Shown here: in pieces, positions 18,024 to 26,906 of the stretch | Layout of the letters: each line of letters opens with the position of its first letter | How positions within the stretch are numbered: the first letter of the stretch is position 1 | NCBI GenBank assembly: GCA_964529745.1 | Contig: CAZGZR010000003.1 | Location: 1,420-65,419 of the forward strand | DNA length: 64,000 nt | Direction of reading: 5' to 3' | From: an uncultured Candidatus Bathyarchaeia archaeon | GTDB taxonomy: Archaea; Thermoproteota; Bathyarchaeia; TCS64 | Translations under genes and position numbers: made by a program | The notes under the pieces: generated by a model | The model's database searches: none | What the model saw: only the letters and a program-made list of their open reading frames with translations | Told to the model about the DNA's origin: nothing

Positions 18024-18704
18024 GTGGAGATACTGCGGCTCAGCCTCGTCGAGGGCTCCAAGAAGGCGAGGGGGCTAACGGTAGTCATAGACGTGTTCAG
18101 GGCCTTCACCACTGCCGCCTACGTCATGGCCAACGGGGCCGAGTGCATCCACCCCGTGGGCAGCCTCGACGAGGCTTTCAGGCTCAAGGAGCTGCACCCT
18201 GACTGGGTCCTCATGGGTGAGCGAGGGGGCAAGAAGGTCCCCGGCTTCGACTACGGGAACAGCCCCCACGAGGTGAGCCGGGTTGACTTCACTGGGCGCA
18301 CGGTGGTCCAGACGACGAGCGCGGGCACCCAGGGCATAGTCAACGCCTCCGGGGCGGAGGAGATACTGCTGGGCAGCTTCGTGACGGCGGACGCCATAGT
18401 GGATTACATCAAGAGGAAGAACCCGGAGACCGTTAGCCTCGTAGCGATGGGCTGGGGAGGACGCGTGAGGAGCCCGGAGGACGAGAGCCTCGCCGAGTAC
18501 ATAGAGGAGAGGCTCAAAGGAATTGAACCCGACTTCGCCTCCATGAAGCAGAGGATCAGGAGGCACCCGCAGGGCGCCAAGTTCTTCGATCCCGGGCAGC
18601 CCGAGTTCGTGGAGGGCGACTTCCACCTCGCCATGGCCCTCAACAGGTTCAGTTTCTGCCTCAGGGTCGTGCCCGGGGACCCTCCCAGCGTAGAGAAGGC
18701 GTAG
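18024..18704 (+). CDS. 2-phosphosulfolactate phosphatase (ComB) family
   Basis: VVIDVFRAFTT, GERGG...GFDYGNSP, TTSAGT, ED..LA. Confidence 0.88.
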   Translation: MEILRLSLVEGSKKARGLTVVIDVFRAFTTAAYVMANGAECIHPVGSLDEAFRLKELHPDWVLMGERGGKKVPGFDYGNSPHEVSRVDFTGRTVVQTTSAGTQGIVNASGAEEILLGSFVTADAIVDYIKRKNPETVSLVAMGWGGRVRSPEDESLAEYIEERLKGIEPDFASMKQRIRRHPQGAKFFDPGQPEFVEGDFHLAMALNRFSFCLRVVPGDPPSVEKA

Positions 18705-18749
18705 ACCGGCAGATTCTTTTCCCGGTTTCCACTCTGTTCAATACATGAG

Positions 18750-19175
18750 ATGAAGGTCTCAAGCATCATGATCCGGGACCCTGTGATGGTGGACCCGGAC
18801 ACCCCGTGCAGGCAGCTGTCCAAGCTTATGCGTAAAAAAGGCATCGGCTCCGTGATCGTGGTGAAGGACGGCTTCCCCGTCGGCGTCGTCACCGAGCGCG
18901 ACCTGGTCCACAGGGTCCTGGCGGAGGGCAGAGACCCCGATAAATGCGTCGCTGACCAGATCTGCACCAAACCCGTGGTTGCCATCAGCATACACGCAGA
19001 CGTGGACCTGGCCGTGGACATGATGAACGAGTACGGCATCCGCCGGCTGGTGGTGGTGGACGAGAAGGACAAGCTGGAAGGGATACTCACCACCGACGAC
19101 ATCGCCAGAAACCTCAGGAACATGTCCGAGGAGCTCGCCGTCAAGTACGTGACGTTGTCACGCAGAAACCGCTGA
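18750..19175 (+). CDS. CBS-domain pair protein
   Basis: IGSVIVV...GVVTERD; IRRLVVV...GILTTDD. Confidence 0.92.
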   Translation: MKVSSIMIRDPVMVDPDTPCRQLSKLMRKKGIGSVIVVKDGFPVGVVTERDLVHRVLAEGRDPDKCVADQICTKPVVAISIHADVDLAVDMMNEYGIRRLVVVDEKDKLEGILTTDDIARNLRNMSEELAVKYVTLSRRNR

Positions 19176-19181
19176 AACCAG

Positions 19182-19351
19182 TCACTCGGGCTGTATGACG
19201 TCGAAGACGACGCCCGAGGGGTTCCTGAAGTAGAGGCTGCCCTCAAATTCATCCACAATGTCTAAGTCCAAGAGTATCTTCGTAGAATTTCATCTATTTT
19301 TAAGAGGTTTTCAACGCCTATAGCGACGCACGGGTTGGCCCTAAACCTCAT
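19182..19351 (-). pseudogene. VOC/glyoxalase family remnant
   Basis: Three frames give MRFRANPCVAIGVENLLK / MKFYEDTLGL / DIVDEFEGSLYFRNPSGVVFDVIQPE*, which are the VOC N- and C-terminal motifs with the middle missing. Confidence 0.65.
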
Positions 19352-19477
19352 GAGAACCGCATCTGGTCCGTGATTTATATGGTGTGCCTGCCTAGTAACA
19401 AGTACTTTTTAATGAGTATTTGGGTAAAATCCTATATTGAACCGTATATACTAGATAGTGTTCTTGGGTGAACAAAA

Positions 19478-19795
19478 ATGGTAGAGTTCTGTGACCGCTG
19501 CGGAAGCTTCATGCGAGCCGGCGTCAAGGGCTACGAGTGCCCACGATGCGGGTGGACGAAGCAGGTCCAGGTCATAGAGGTCAAGGCGGGCCCAGCCGGT
19601 GAAGCAGAGCCTGTTTACGTCATGAGCGGCATCGAGAGCGCCATAGTAGTACAGAGGACTTGCCCCGAGTGCGGCAACCTGGAAGCCTACCGCAACATAA
19701 CCGTCGCCCTGGGCGAGCACGCCGGCGTCAGCAGCGACCGAAGCGTCGAGAAGTTCAGGTGCACCAAGTGCGGCCACACCTGGATAGTCGGATAG
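19478..19795 (+). CDS. Transcription factor S / RpoM-like double zinc-ribbon protein (atypical)
   Basis: FCDRCGS.M...CPRCG and CPECGN.EAY...FRCTKCGHTW; canonical QTRSADE motif absent. Confidence 0.8.
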   Translation: MVEFCDRCGSFMRAGVKGYECPRCGWTKQVQVIEVKAGPAGEAEPVYVMSGIESAIVVQRTCPECGNLEAYRNITVALGEHAGVSSDRSVEKFRCTKCGHTWIVG

Positions 19796-20230
19796 CTACC
19801 TCCTGTTCACCTTCACGTTAATCGGTATTCCCTGCTCGACGCTCTGGCTCACGACGCAAAAGTCCTCGAATAATCCCATGCACCTCTCGTACTGTGAGTC
19901 ATACCCCTGGGCTACCTCTGGGCTGATCTCCACATCGATCTCGGCTATACGCCACCGCCCCTCGTCGTTACGCCTCATGACGCCCTCCACCTTGGTCTCG
20001 ATCTCCCCCACCTCGGCCCTGGCCTTCTGGAGGCAGAACAAGAGGCTCGCCGTGAGGCAGTTTCCCATGGCTGCCGCCAGTACCTTGCCGGCGTTGGGGC
20101 CGCTGTTACATCCCACAGGATCAGGCTCATCCATGTAGAGGGGCTCGACGCCCTCTAGGCCGAAGTCCACCTCGAACCTGAATCCTCCCTGTCTCCTCAA
20201 GGAGACCATGAAGTTACGTTCCTCGCTCAA
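19796..20230 (-). CDS. OsmC family protein
   Basis: DEP...G...GPN...LAAAMGNCL; FEDFCVVSQS...GI. Confidence 0.9.
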   Translation of the reverse strand: MSEERNFMVSLRRQGGFRFEVDFGLEGVEPLYMDEPDPVGCNSGPNAGKVLAAAMGNCLTASLLFCLQKARAEVGEIETKVEGVMRRNDEGRWRIAEIDVEISPEVAQGYDSQYERCMGLFEDFCVVSQSVEQGIPINVKVNRR

Positions 20231-20357
20231 TCGAATCCCTTATGCATGAACAACGGCAAATATAAGGCTGAGAGTCATCCAACCAAAGATGAGTCCGCTT
20301 TCTAATACGAACGTGCTTGAGGGAAACCATAAAGCCCGGTGGCGCCGGTTTTAAGCC

Positions 20358-20834
20358 GTGTCAACCATGCGCCGCGGCGAAAAGGAGATCAAGGAGAAGG
20401 TCGTAATCGAGGAGGTGCTCAGGGAGAACCGGGTGGGCAGGCTGGGCACGGCCGTCGATGGACGCCCCTACGTGGTCCCCATGAACTTCGTCTACACCGA
20501 CGGCAGGATAATCCTTCACACCCACAGGGACGGCAAGAAGGTCAAGGACATACGGCGTAACCCCCGTGTCTGCTTCGAGGTGGACGGCGGCGAGATGATT
20601 GAAGGCGGCGATCCCTGCGAGTACAGCTGGAGGTACAGGAGCGTCATCGCCACGGGGACCGCCGTCATCGTTGAGGAACCTGAGGAGAAGCTAAAGGCGC
20701 TGCGTCTTCTCAGCGATAAATATGCTTTCGGCAAGGGCAGGAGGTTGGACCTGGAGAAGGTGTCGAGGTTCGGGGATCTGGTCGTCGTGGAGATGAGGGT
20801 GGAGGAGATGACTGGGAAGAAGAGCCCCGCCTAG
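20358..20834 (+). CDS. Pyridoxamine 5'-phosphate oxidase-like FMN-binding protein (NimA-like)
   Basis: PYVVPMNF, H....GKK...IRRNPRVCFEV, YRSVI..G, MTGK. Confidence 0.9.
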   Translation: MSTMRRGEKEIKEKVVIEEVLRENRVGRLGTAVDGRPYVVPMNFVYTDGRIILHTHRDGKKVKDIRRNPRVCFEVDGGEMIEGGDPCEYSWRYRSVIATGTAVIVEEPEEKLKALRLLSDKYAFGKGRRLDLEKVSRFGDLVVVEMRVEEMTGKKSPA

Positions 20835-21002
20835 GAGTGCTTTTTCTGGTTTGGTCTTGTGTCAGGTTACTTGTAATCTCGGGATTTTTTTTGTGGTTGA
20901 GGTTGGGGAGGGTCGTGCTGAGGAGGGGGGGTTTTCGTTGTTTTCGGCTGTGTCCTGACGAGCGAAGCGTCTATATATCGGTGACGTTGCTGTTGGGCTG
21001 TT

Positions 21003-21212
21003 ATGGCCGCGGATGGGCGTGTCAGGGGGAACGTGAGGCCGGGCACGGAGGTCTTGGTGGTGCTTAAGCGTGACCAGCGGACCGGTAAGCTGACTCGCGG
21101 AACGGTCAAGGACGTCCTGACGAACTCCCGGCGCCACCCCCACGGGATAAAGGTCCGTCTCCTTGACGGTAGGGTGGGGCGGGTGCAGAAGATTCTCGCC
21201 CAGGGACGCTAG
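21003..21212 (+). CDS. YwbE/DUF2196 family protein
   Basis: VLK.DQRTGKLT.G.VKD.LTNS..HPHGIKVRL.DG.VGRV. Confidence 0.9.
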   Translation: MAADGRVRGNVRPGTEVLVVLKRDQRTGKLTRGTVKDVLTNSRRHPHGIKVRLLDGRVGRVQKILAQGR

Positions 21213-22204
21213 ACGTACTTCTCCATGATGTCCGCGGGTATCTTTATCCTGAACCTGCAGGTGTCGCTGCCGTCGAAGACGCTCTGCAGCACCTCGGCCT
21301 CGGTCTCGGTGCCGAAGGCCACGTCGTACCTGAGCTTGCCGTAGCCGGCGCTGCAGTAGCACCACTCCACGGGGATCTCGGGTGAGCCGGCTAGCACGGC
21401 CTCCCTGGCCAGGGGGCAGTGGCACATGTAGTACCGTTTCATTAGGGGGTCCTTCTCCTTGAGGTACTCCGCTGGGCTATACGGGAACTTTGTGTTGTAG
21501 ATCCACTCGCCTTCCCTGACTCCTGCTAACAACTCCTGGTTGCCCCTGACGTGCTCCACTATCTCGGGGGTGATGACCTGCTCGTACCATACCTTGTCAT
21601 CCCTGAGGTATTGCTCCAGCTCGGCGACGGCCTCGTCGTGCATCTTCTCGAGCCAGGCGTCTATGCTGCCCAGCTCCTCCAGCTGCCTCTTGAGCTCCAT
21701 GAAGTTCTCGGGGTTGACCCTGTGGTGGTTGCCGGCGAGCACCCTACGGTAGACGTCTGGGCTCATCTCCTTCTCCAGCGCGTCCATGAGGCTCTTGGTG
21801 GCTTCGCAGTACGCCGCGGGCATGGAGCCCAGAGGCGGAGTCTTCACCTCGTTGAACACTTTTCCCTTTACGTCCTTTCCCGCTATCTCCTCCAGCCTCT
21901 CCGCGATGGAGGGCAGTATGTTACGGCCTCCGAGGATGGCGGCGAAGTATATCCAGACTTCCTTCATGTCGAGGAAGTAGACGTAACGCGCCAGCGCGAC
22001 GAGAGTGTCCTCCGTGTTCCTGCCCTCGTCCATGAGCCTCTGGACGTAACCCTTGAAGTCCTCCACGGAAGCCTCGGTCAGCTCTTTCCCCTCAGCCTCG
22101 AAGTACGCGGCGGCCTCTTCAACCGCGTCTACGGCAGCCTCCAACTGATCCCGGCTGACTCCACGTTCGACAAGGTACTCCGTGAACTCTTTCTTCTTCA
22201 GCAA
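21209..22204 (-). CDS. Hypothetical protein, C-terminal Cys-rich V4R/DUF6144-like domain
   Basis: YMCHCPLAR....WCYCSAGY....V.QSV..G..TCRF.I. Confidence 0.75.
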   Translation of the reverse strand: MLKKKEFTEYLVERGVSRDQLEAAVDAVEEAAAYFEAEGKELTEASVEDFKGYVQRLMDEGRNTEDTLVALARYVYFLDMKEVWIYFAAILGGRNILPSIAERLEEIAGKDVKGKVFNEVKTPPLGSMPAAYCEATKSLMDALEKEMSPDVYRRVLAGNHHRVNPENFMELKRQLEELGSIDAWLEKMHDEAVAELEQYLRDDKVWYEQVITPEIVEHVRGNQELLAGVREGEWIYNTKFPYSPAEYLKEKDPLMKRYYMCHCPLAREAVLAGSPEIPVEWCYCSAGYGKLRYDVAFGTETEAEVLQSVFDGSDTCRFRIKIPADIMEKYV

Positions 22205-22346
22205 CCCCGATCACCTGATACTATCTTCACCTAACGTAAAAACACGACTAAAAACCGGTGCATAACTTCAATGAACAATCCTTACGACAGCACGCACGTG
22301 AAGCTACCTTAAAAGCCCTATTACACCATTACAGGGTTGGGTAGCC

Positions 22347-23132
22347 ATGTCTGATCACTGGACTGAGAGCCTGTTCGAGAGGTATGCCGAGTTATACCTC
22401 AAGACGCTTGAGGAGCTCATCCCAAGCAGCATCGAGGACGCAGACGGCCTCGAAAACATATTCAACGAGAACGACATCCCCGGGGACGGGCTTGTGCTCG
22501 ACCTAGCATGCGGAATCGGCAGACACAGCACAGCCCTGGCTCAGAAAGGATATAGGGTAGTAGGGATCGACGTCTCGGAGACGTTCCTTGAGAGGGCGAG
22601 GATACTCGCGGAAGAGAGAGGCGTCGATGTCGAGTTCAGAAAAGGCGACATGAGGGCTATCGAGGAAAATCTGGGCGAACACGCGGGAAGCTTCGACGCT
22701 GTGATTAACTTGTTCACATCCCTCGGCTATTACGACCGAGAAACAGACATCGACGTACTCAGGCAGCTCTACACGCTCACGAAGCGGGATGGGATCCTTG
22801 TTATCGACATCGCCAACCGCGACTGGATCATCAAAAACTTCGAGGCGAAGGACATCCTGTATCACGAAGACGGGAGAGTTCAGATAATGGAGCGGCGCTT
22901 AGACATGGAGGACTCCCGTCAACACAACACGTGGAGGTTCTACCTCAGGCAGGGGGAGGACTTGAAGCACTTGGAGACGTTCCATGTGGACCACATCCTC
23001 TACAGCCTCCACGAGCTGAAAAGCCTGATAGAGGCCGCTGGATGGACGTACAAGACGTGTTACGGGGAGTTCGATATGTCTCCCTTCGAGATGTACTCGC
23101 GCCGCATGATAATCGTCTCCCAGAAATATTAA
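22347..23132 (+). CDS. Class I SAM-dependent methyltransferase
   Basis: VLDLACGIGRH, GIDVS, GDMR, NLFTSLGY. Confidence 0.92.
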   Translation: MSDHWTESLFERYAELYLKTLEELIPSSIEDADGLENIFNENDIPGDGLVLDLACGIGRHSTALAQKGYRVVGIDVSETFLERARILAEERGVDVEFRKGDMRAIEENLGEHAGSFDAVINLFTSLGYYDRETDIDVLRQLYTLTKRDGILVIDIANRDWIIKNFEAKDILYHEDGRVQIMERRLDMEDSRQHNTWRFYLRQGEDLKHLETFHVDHILYSLHELKSLIEAAGWTYKTCYGEFDMSPFEMYSRRMIIVSQKY

Positions 23133-23181
23133 ACAATAGATCATCAACCCTAGACTGGTGCTTCCATGGTGGCTGCAAACG

Positions 23182-24000
23182 ATGAGCTATGAGAGATTGT
23201 TGATAGAGGCGCGTAGAGATGTGGACGCAGCCGTCGAGATCTGGCGGCAACTGATCCAGGAGAGGCTGAGCGACAGGATCGATTACGCGATACTCAAAGG
23301 CTCGGGGATCAAAGAATGGGAGTCACCCGCGGACTATGTGCCGATGATCAGCGACATCGACATCCACCTAGGCAGGAAGGAAAGCATGTCTCTGCTTCCG
23401 GAGACCCGTGGAGGCTTCCTCTACTCGCTGGAGACAACCCGGCTCTACGAGGAGAGGTTCATGGAGACGAGGCCGGATCACCTGCACATCCCCCGCCCCC
23501 AGGTCGTGGTCATGGAGGAGAGCCGAGGCGACTGGCTGCCCGAGAGGCCCGAGGAGGTTAAGCTGCTCTTCGGAGAGGTGCCGCTGAAGCCGGAGGAGTC
23601 GGTGGAGCACCTCAGGGCGCGGGACTTGGATGAGCTTGCTGGCTTGGGCCCGCTTCTGGCTCGGCTGCCCGTGCAGGTCATCGACCGCATCGACCTGGAG
23701 TACTACCGTGTGCTAAGGATGCTCTGCTACGTGGTCTCGCCGACGCCGGTCAGGGTGCTCAGCCAGTATGCCGAACCTAAGCACGTGTGGACGCTGAACC
23801 GGACCAAAGTGCTACGGCTGCTGGAGCGCAACGGCTTCCAAAGTATAGCCGAGCCGTACCGCGAGTACTACCTCAACGGGTGGAAGGCTTTTACAGAGGG
23901 CTTCAGAGACAACGAGACCATGAGGCAGCTCATCACTCACGCTTATGATGTGCTTTACGCTTCCTATGAAGCAGTGAGAGAGAAGGTGGAGCAGGGATGA
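23182..24000 (+). CDS. Hypothetical protein, probable Pol-beta-like nucleotidyltransferase fold
   Basis: ILKGSG...SDIDIH resembles the hG[GS]x9-13DhD motif with slightly longer spacing. Confidence 0.55.
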   Translation: MSYERLLIEARRDVDAAVEIWRQLIQERLSDRIDYAILKGSGIKEWESPADYVPMISDIDIHLGRKESMSLLPETRGGFLYSLETTRLYEERFMETRPDHLHIPRPQVVVMEESRGDWLPERPEEVKLLFGEVPLKPEESVEHLRARDLDELAGLGPLLARLPVQVIDRIDLEYYRVLRMLCYVVSPTPVRVLSQYAEPKHVWTLNRTKVLRLLERNGFQSIAEPYREYYLNGWKAFTEGFRDNETMRQLITHAYDVLYASYEAVREKVEQG

Positions 24001-24440
24001 AGTACACCCACACGAACCTCGTGGCTCGGGACTGGAGGCGGCTGGCTGACTTCTATATCGAGGTTTTTGGCTGCACACCTGTGCCCCCCGAGAGGGACCT
24101 ATCCGGTGGATGGCTCGATGAGGCCACATCTTTACAGGGCGCCCACATCAGGGGGGTCCACCTCAGGCTCCCAGGCCACGGGGACGCAGGCCCCACCCTG
24201 GAGGTGTTCCAGTACGACGAAGAGACGGAGGCCGACACCCCGGCGCCAAACAGACCCGGCTACGGCCACATCGCCTTCGCCGTCGATGACGTGGAGGCTA
24301 CCAAGGGAGCCGTCCTCGCCTTGGGAGGCGGGATGGTGGGCGAGGTGGTTAAAGTGGAACTACCCGGCGTGGGAACGCTTGAGTTCGCCTACATGCGCGA
24401 CCCAGAGGGCAACGTGATCGAGATCCAGAGGCTCGTCTAG
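23997..24440 (+). CDS. VOC/glyoxalase family protein
   Basis: HTNL....FY..VFG, LEVFQY, GHIAF.VDD, DPEGNVIE. Confidence 0.92.
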   Translation: MKYTHTNLVARDWRRLADFYIEVFGCTPVPPERDLSGGWLDEATSLQGAHIRGVHLRLPGHGDAGPTLEVFQYDEETEADTPAPNRPGYGHIAFAVDDVEATKGAVLALGGGMVGEVVKVELPGVGTLEFAYMRDPEGNVIEIQRLV

Positions 24441-24442
24441 CC

Positions 24443-24904
24443 CTACACCTTCCGCTTGAGGATGGCTATCTGGCCGGCGTGGTACAGGTTGTGGTGAACA
24501 ACGCCGTGTAGCATCTGCTTGAACGTGTAGTCCTTCCCCGGCACCGTCCTCTCCAGGTCCTCGTTGCTCCAGCCGGCAAGCTCGTCCAGCACCATGTTGA
24601 CCGCCGCCTCCAGCCGCCTCAGCGACTGGCACCAATGCTCCTCGGTGCTCCCCATACGGGGCCAGTCCATCTCTGGGGCCGGTTCGGGCATGGCCTTATC
24701 CTTCAACGCGTCCAGGATGGCCTCCAGCCAGAAGGTGGTGTGGTCCACCAGCTCCCAGATGGTGTGCCTCTCCCCCAAGGGGCGCGCCTTCGCCTGCTCC
24801 AGATCGACGCCCTCCAAGGTCTTCATGAGGCTGGGTCCGTGCCACGAGTCTCCCTTGTAGGTGGTCAATATCTGGTCCCTCAGGAACTTTACCTCTTTCA
24901 TCAA
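24443..24904 (-). CDS. DinB/YfiT-like protein
   Basis: WHGPS, HTIWELV.H, HH.LYHAGQI. Confidence 0.9.
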   Translation of the reverse strand: MMKEVKFLRDQILTTYKGDSWHGPSLMKTLEGVDLEQAKARPLGERHTIWELVDHTTFWLEAILDALKDKAMPEPAPEMDWPRMGSTEEHWCQSLRRLEAAVNMVLDELAGWSNEDLERTVPGKDYTFKQMLHGVVHHNLYHAGQIAILKRKV

Positions 24905-25049
24905 GCTGAAAGAGAAACGACGGTATAAAACCCCTTAGCTACAGTTCTTAGGGGCTAGCATAGGATGTATTGTCTCTGCCCATAATACGATCCCTCAACC
25001 AGTTCACCCCGTCTCTCCTCTTACGCGGATTCCTCTAACGTTAAATAGG

Positions 25050-26057
25050 GTGCGGGACAAGTCCAGACCGTTCTTCATGAACGTTGTCGATTTGAAGGGA
25101 ACGTATCGCGAGATGGGTGAGCAGTACGGGGCTCTCATTAGGGGGCGGTTCCAGCCTCCCCCAGCTTCCGAGGCGAAGAGACGGTTCGCGGATGAGTGTG
25201 AGGCCCTGACGAGGAAGTACGCCCCCGGCGTCGTCGAGGAGATCGAGGGGTTCGCCAGCGCCGCCGGGGTGGACACCGGGCTCATGAAGTGCTTCGTCCT
25301 GACCCTGGGCATCGAACCCGGGTGCACGGTGTTCGCAGTATCCGGGGCCCACACCGACTGCAGTTTACCCATCTATGGACGCAACTACGACTGGGACGTC
25401 AGCTTCAAGAAGCTCTTCACGCCTATGAGGGTAAGACTCGAAGGCGGCAACACGAGCCTCGTCTTCACCGACCACTTCGTCGGGGTCTACGGCGGCGTAA
25501 ACTGTGAGGGACTCGCAGCCGCCATAACCGCCATACCCGCATACATGGGCGAGCCTAGACCAGGGGTACGGATGAACGTAGCCCTCAGGTGGATGCTCGA
25601 CAACCTGGGTACCACCGAGGAAGCCGCCGAGTGGCTCAGCGACACGCCCCACCAGTGGGCACACAACTACCTCCTCGCAGACAAGGATGGTGTACTCGCC
25701 AGAGTCGAGACCTCCCCCGAACTGACTCGGGTACAGCGCTCAGACGAGTTCATGGCCACCACCAACCACTACCACGACCCCGAGCTGAAGCTGCTTGAAG
25801 ACCCTGGGTTCGACTACGGCAACACCCATCGGAGGTACTCGACAGTCGAACGGTGGTACGATGGCAGAGACTTGGTTGGGCTTGAGGACGTGAAGCAGGT
25901 GCTCAGCGGCCACGGCGAAGGCGTTTGCGACCACGGCGTCTGGGACGGCGTCGAGTCGGGCACCATATGGTCATGGATAGCGCCCCTCGGGAGCCGCGTC
26001 GCCTACGTCTGCAATGGAGCGCCGTGCAGAGGAGCCTACGAGGAGATCGCCTTCTAG
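25050..26057 (+). CDS. C45 family (Ntn-hydrolase) acyltransferase/peptidase
   Basis: GCTVFA (Cys nucleophile), GRNYDW, GVN..GL, TNHY. Confidence 0.88.
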   Translation: MRDKSRPFFMNVVDLKGTYREMGEQYGALIRGRFQPPPASEAKRRFADECEALTRKYAPGVVEEIEGFASAAGVDTGLMKCFVLTLGIEPGCTVFAVSGAHTDCSLPIYGRNYDWDVSFKKLFTPMRVRLEGGNTSLVFTDHFVGVYGGVNCEGLAAAITAIPAYMGEPRPGVRMNVALRWMLDNLGTTEEAAEWLSDTPHQWAHNYLLADKDGVLARVETSPELTRVQRSDEFMATTNHYHDPELKLLEDPGFDYGNTHRRYSTVERWYDGRDLVGLEDVKQVLSGHGEGVCDHGVWDGVESGTIWSWIAPLGSRVAYVCNGAPCRGAYEEIAF

Positions 26058-26131
26058 GTCTAAACCACGTTTATATCGTCATGGACGCATAACTCAGTGA
26101 TCCATCGGAGCCGCAGCAGAGGTGAACCTGA

Positions 26132-26890
26132 TTGGAGAGCTACAAGGAGGGGGCCGAAAGGTTCTACGACCTTTTCGGCGAGAAGGACGACGTCGAGTTC
26201 TACATTGAGCAGGCGAGGAGGAGCGGCGGCAAGGCCCTGGAGCTTGGGGTGGGCACCGCCCGCCTAGCGATACGATTGGCGCGCGCCGGCGTGGAGACGT
26301 GGGGGATAGACACCAGCAGGCACATGCTCAACGCCGCGGAGAAGAACATCTCGGGGGAGGATCCGGAGACCCAAGCCAGGCTCCACATGGCCCTCGGGAA
26401 CGCCGTGGACTTCAGGCTCCCCGAGAGGTTCAGCATGATATACTTCCCCAGCTGCAGCTTCGACCACATACTAGACCCCGCTGACCAGAGGGCGGCCCTG
26501 CTTAACATCAGGGAACACCTGGCTCCGGGTGGTCGCTACGTCTTCGACCTGTACCTCGCCAAGGAGCTGAAGGCGGACAGAGGCTGGTTCGTCCAGAGGA
26601 AGACTCTCGAAGACGGAACCAAAGTAATACGTTCAGGATACCACGTCACTAGACCCGAGAGGCGGCTCATGTCGCTGGACATGTGGTACGACCACGTGGT
26701 GGACGGCCGGGTGACCGCGAGGTACTACGAGGGCAGCGACGTCTACGTCCACGACGCCAAAGAGATCAGGAGGATGCTGGACGAGGCGGGCTACGAGGTT
26801 GTCGAGGAGTACGGTGACCACCACGGCAAGCCCTACGAGGATGGGGACGGCCTGATAGTCTTCGTCAGTAGACAACAGAAAACAGTTTAA
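26132..26890 (+). CDS. Class I SAM-dependent methyltransferase
   Basis: DDV.FY, ALELGVGTAR, GIDTS..ML, HL.PGG. Confidence 0.9.
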   Translation: MESYKEGAERFYDLFGEKDDVEFYIEQARRSGGKALELGVGTARLAIRLARAGVETWGIDTSRHMLNAAEKNISGEDPETQARLHMALGNAVDFRLPERFSMIYFPSCSFDHILDPADQRAALLNIREHLAPGGRYVFDLYLAKELKADRGWFVQRKTLEDGTKVIRSGYHVTRPERRLMSLDMWYDHVVDGRVTARYYEGSDVYVHDAKEIRRMLDEAGYEVVEEYGDHHGKPYEDGDGLIVFVSRQQKTV

Positions 26891-26906
26891 AGAGAGAAGG
26901 TGGGGC

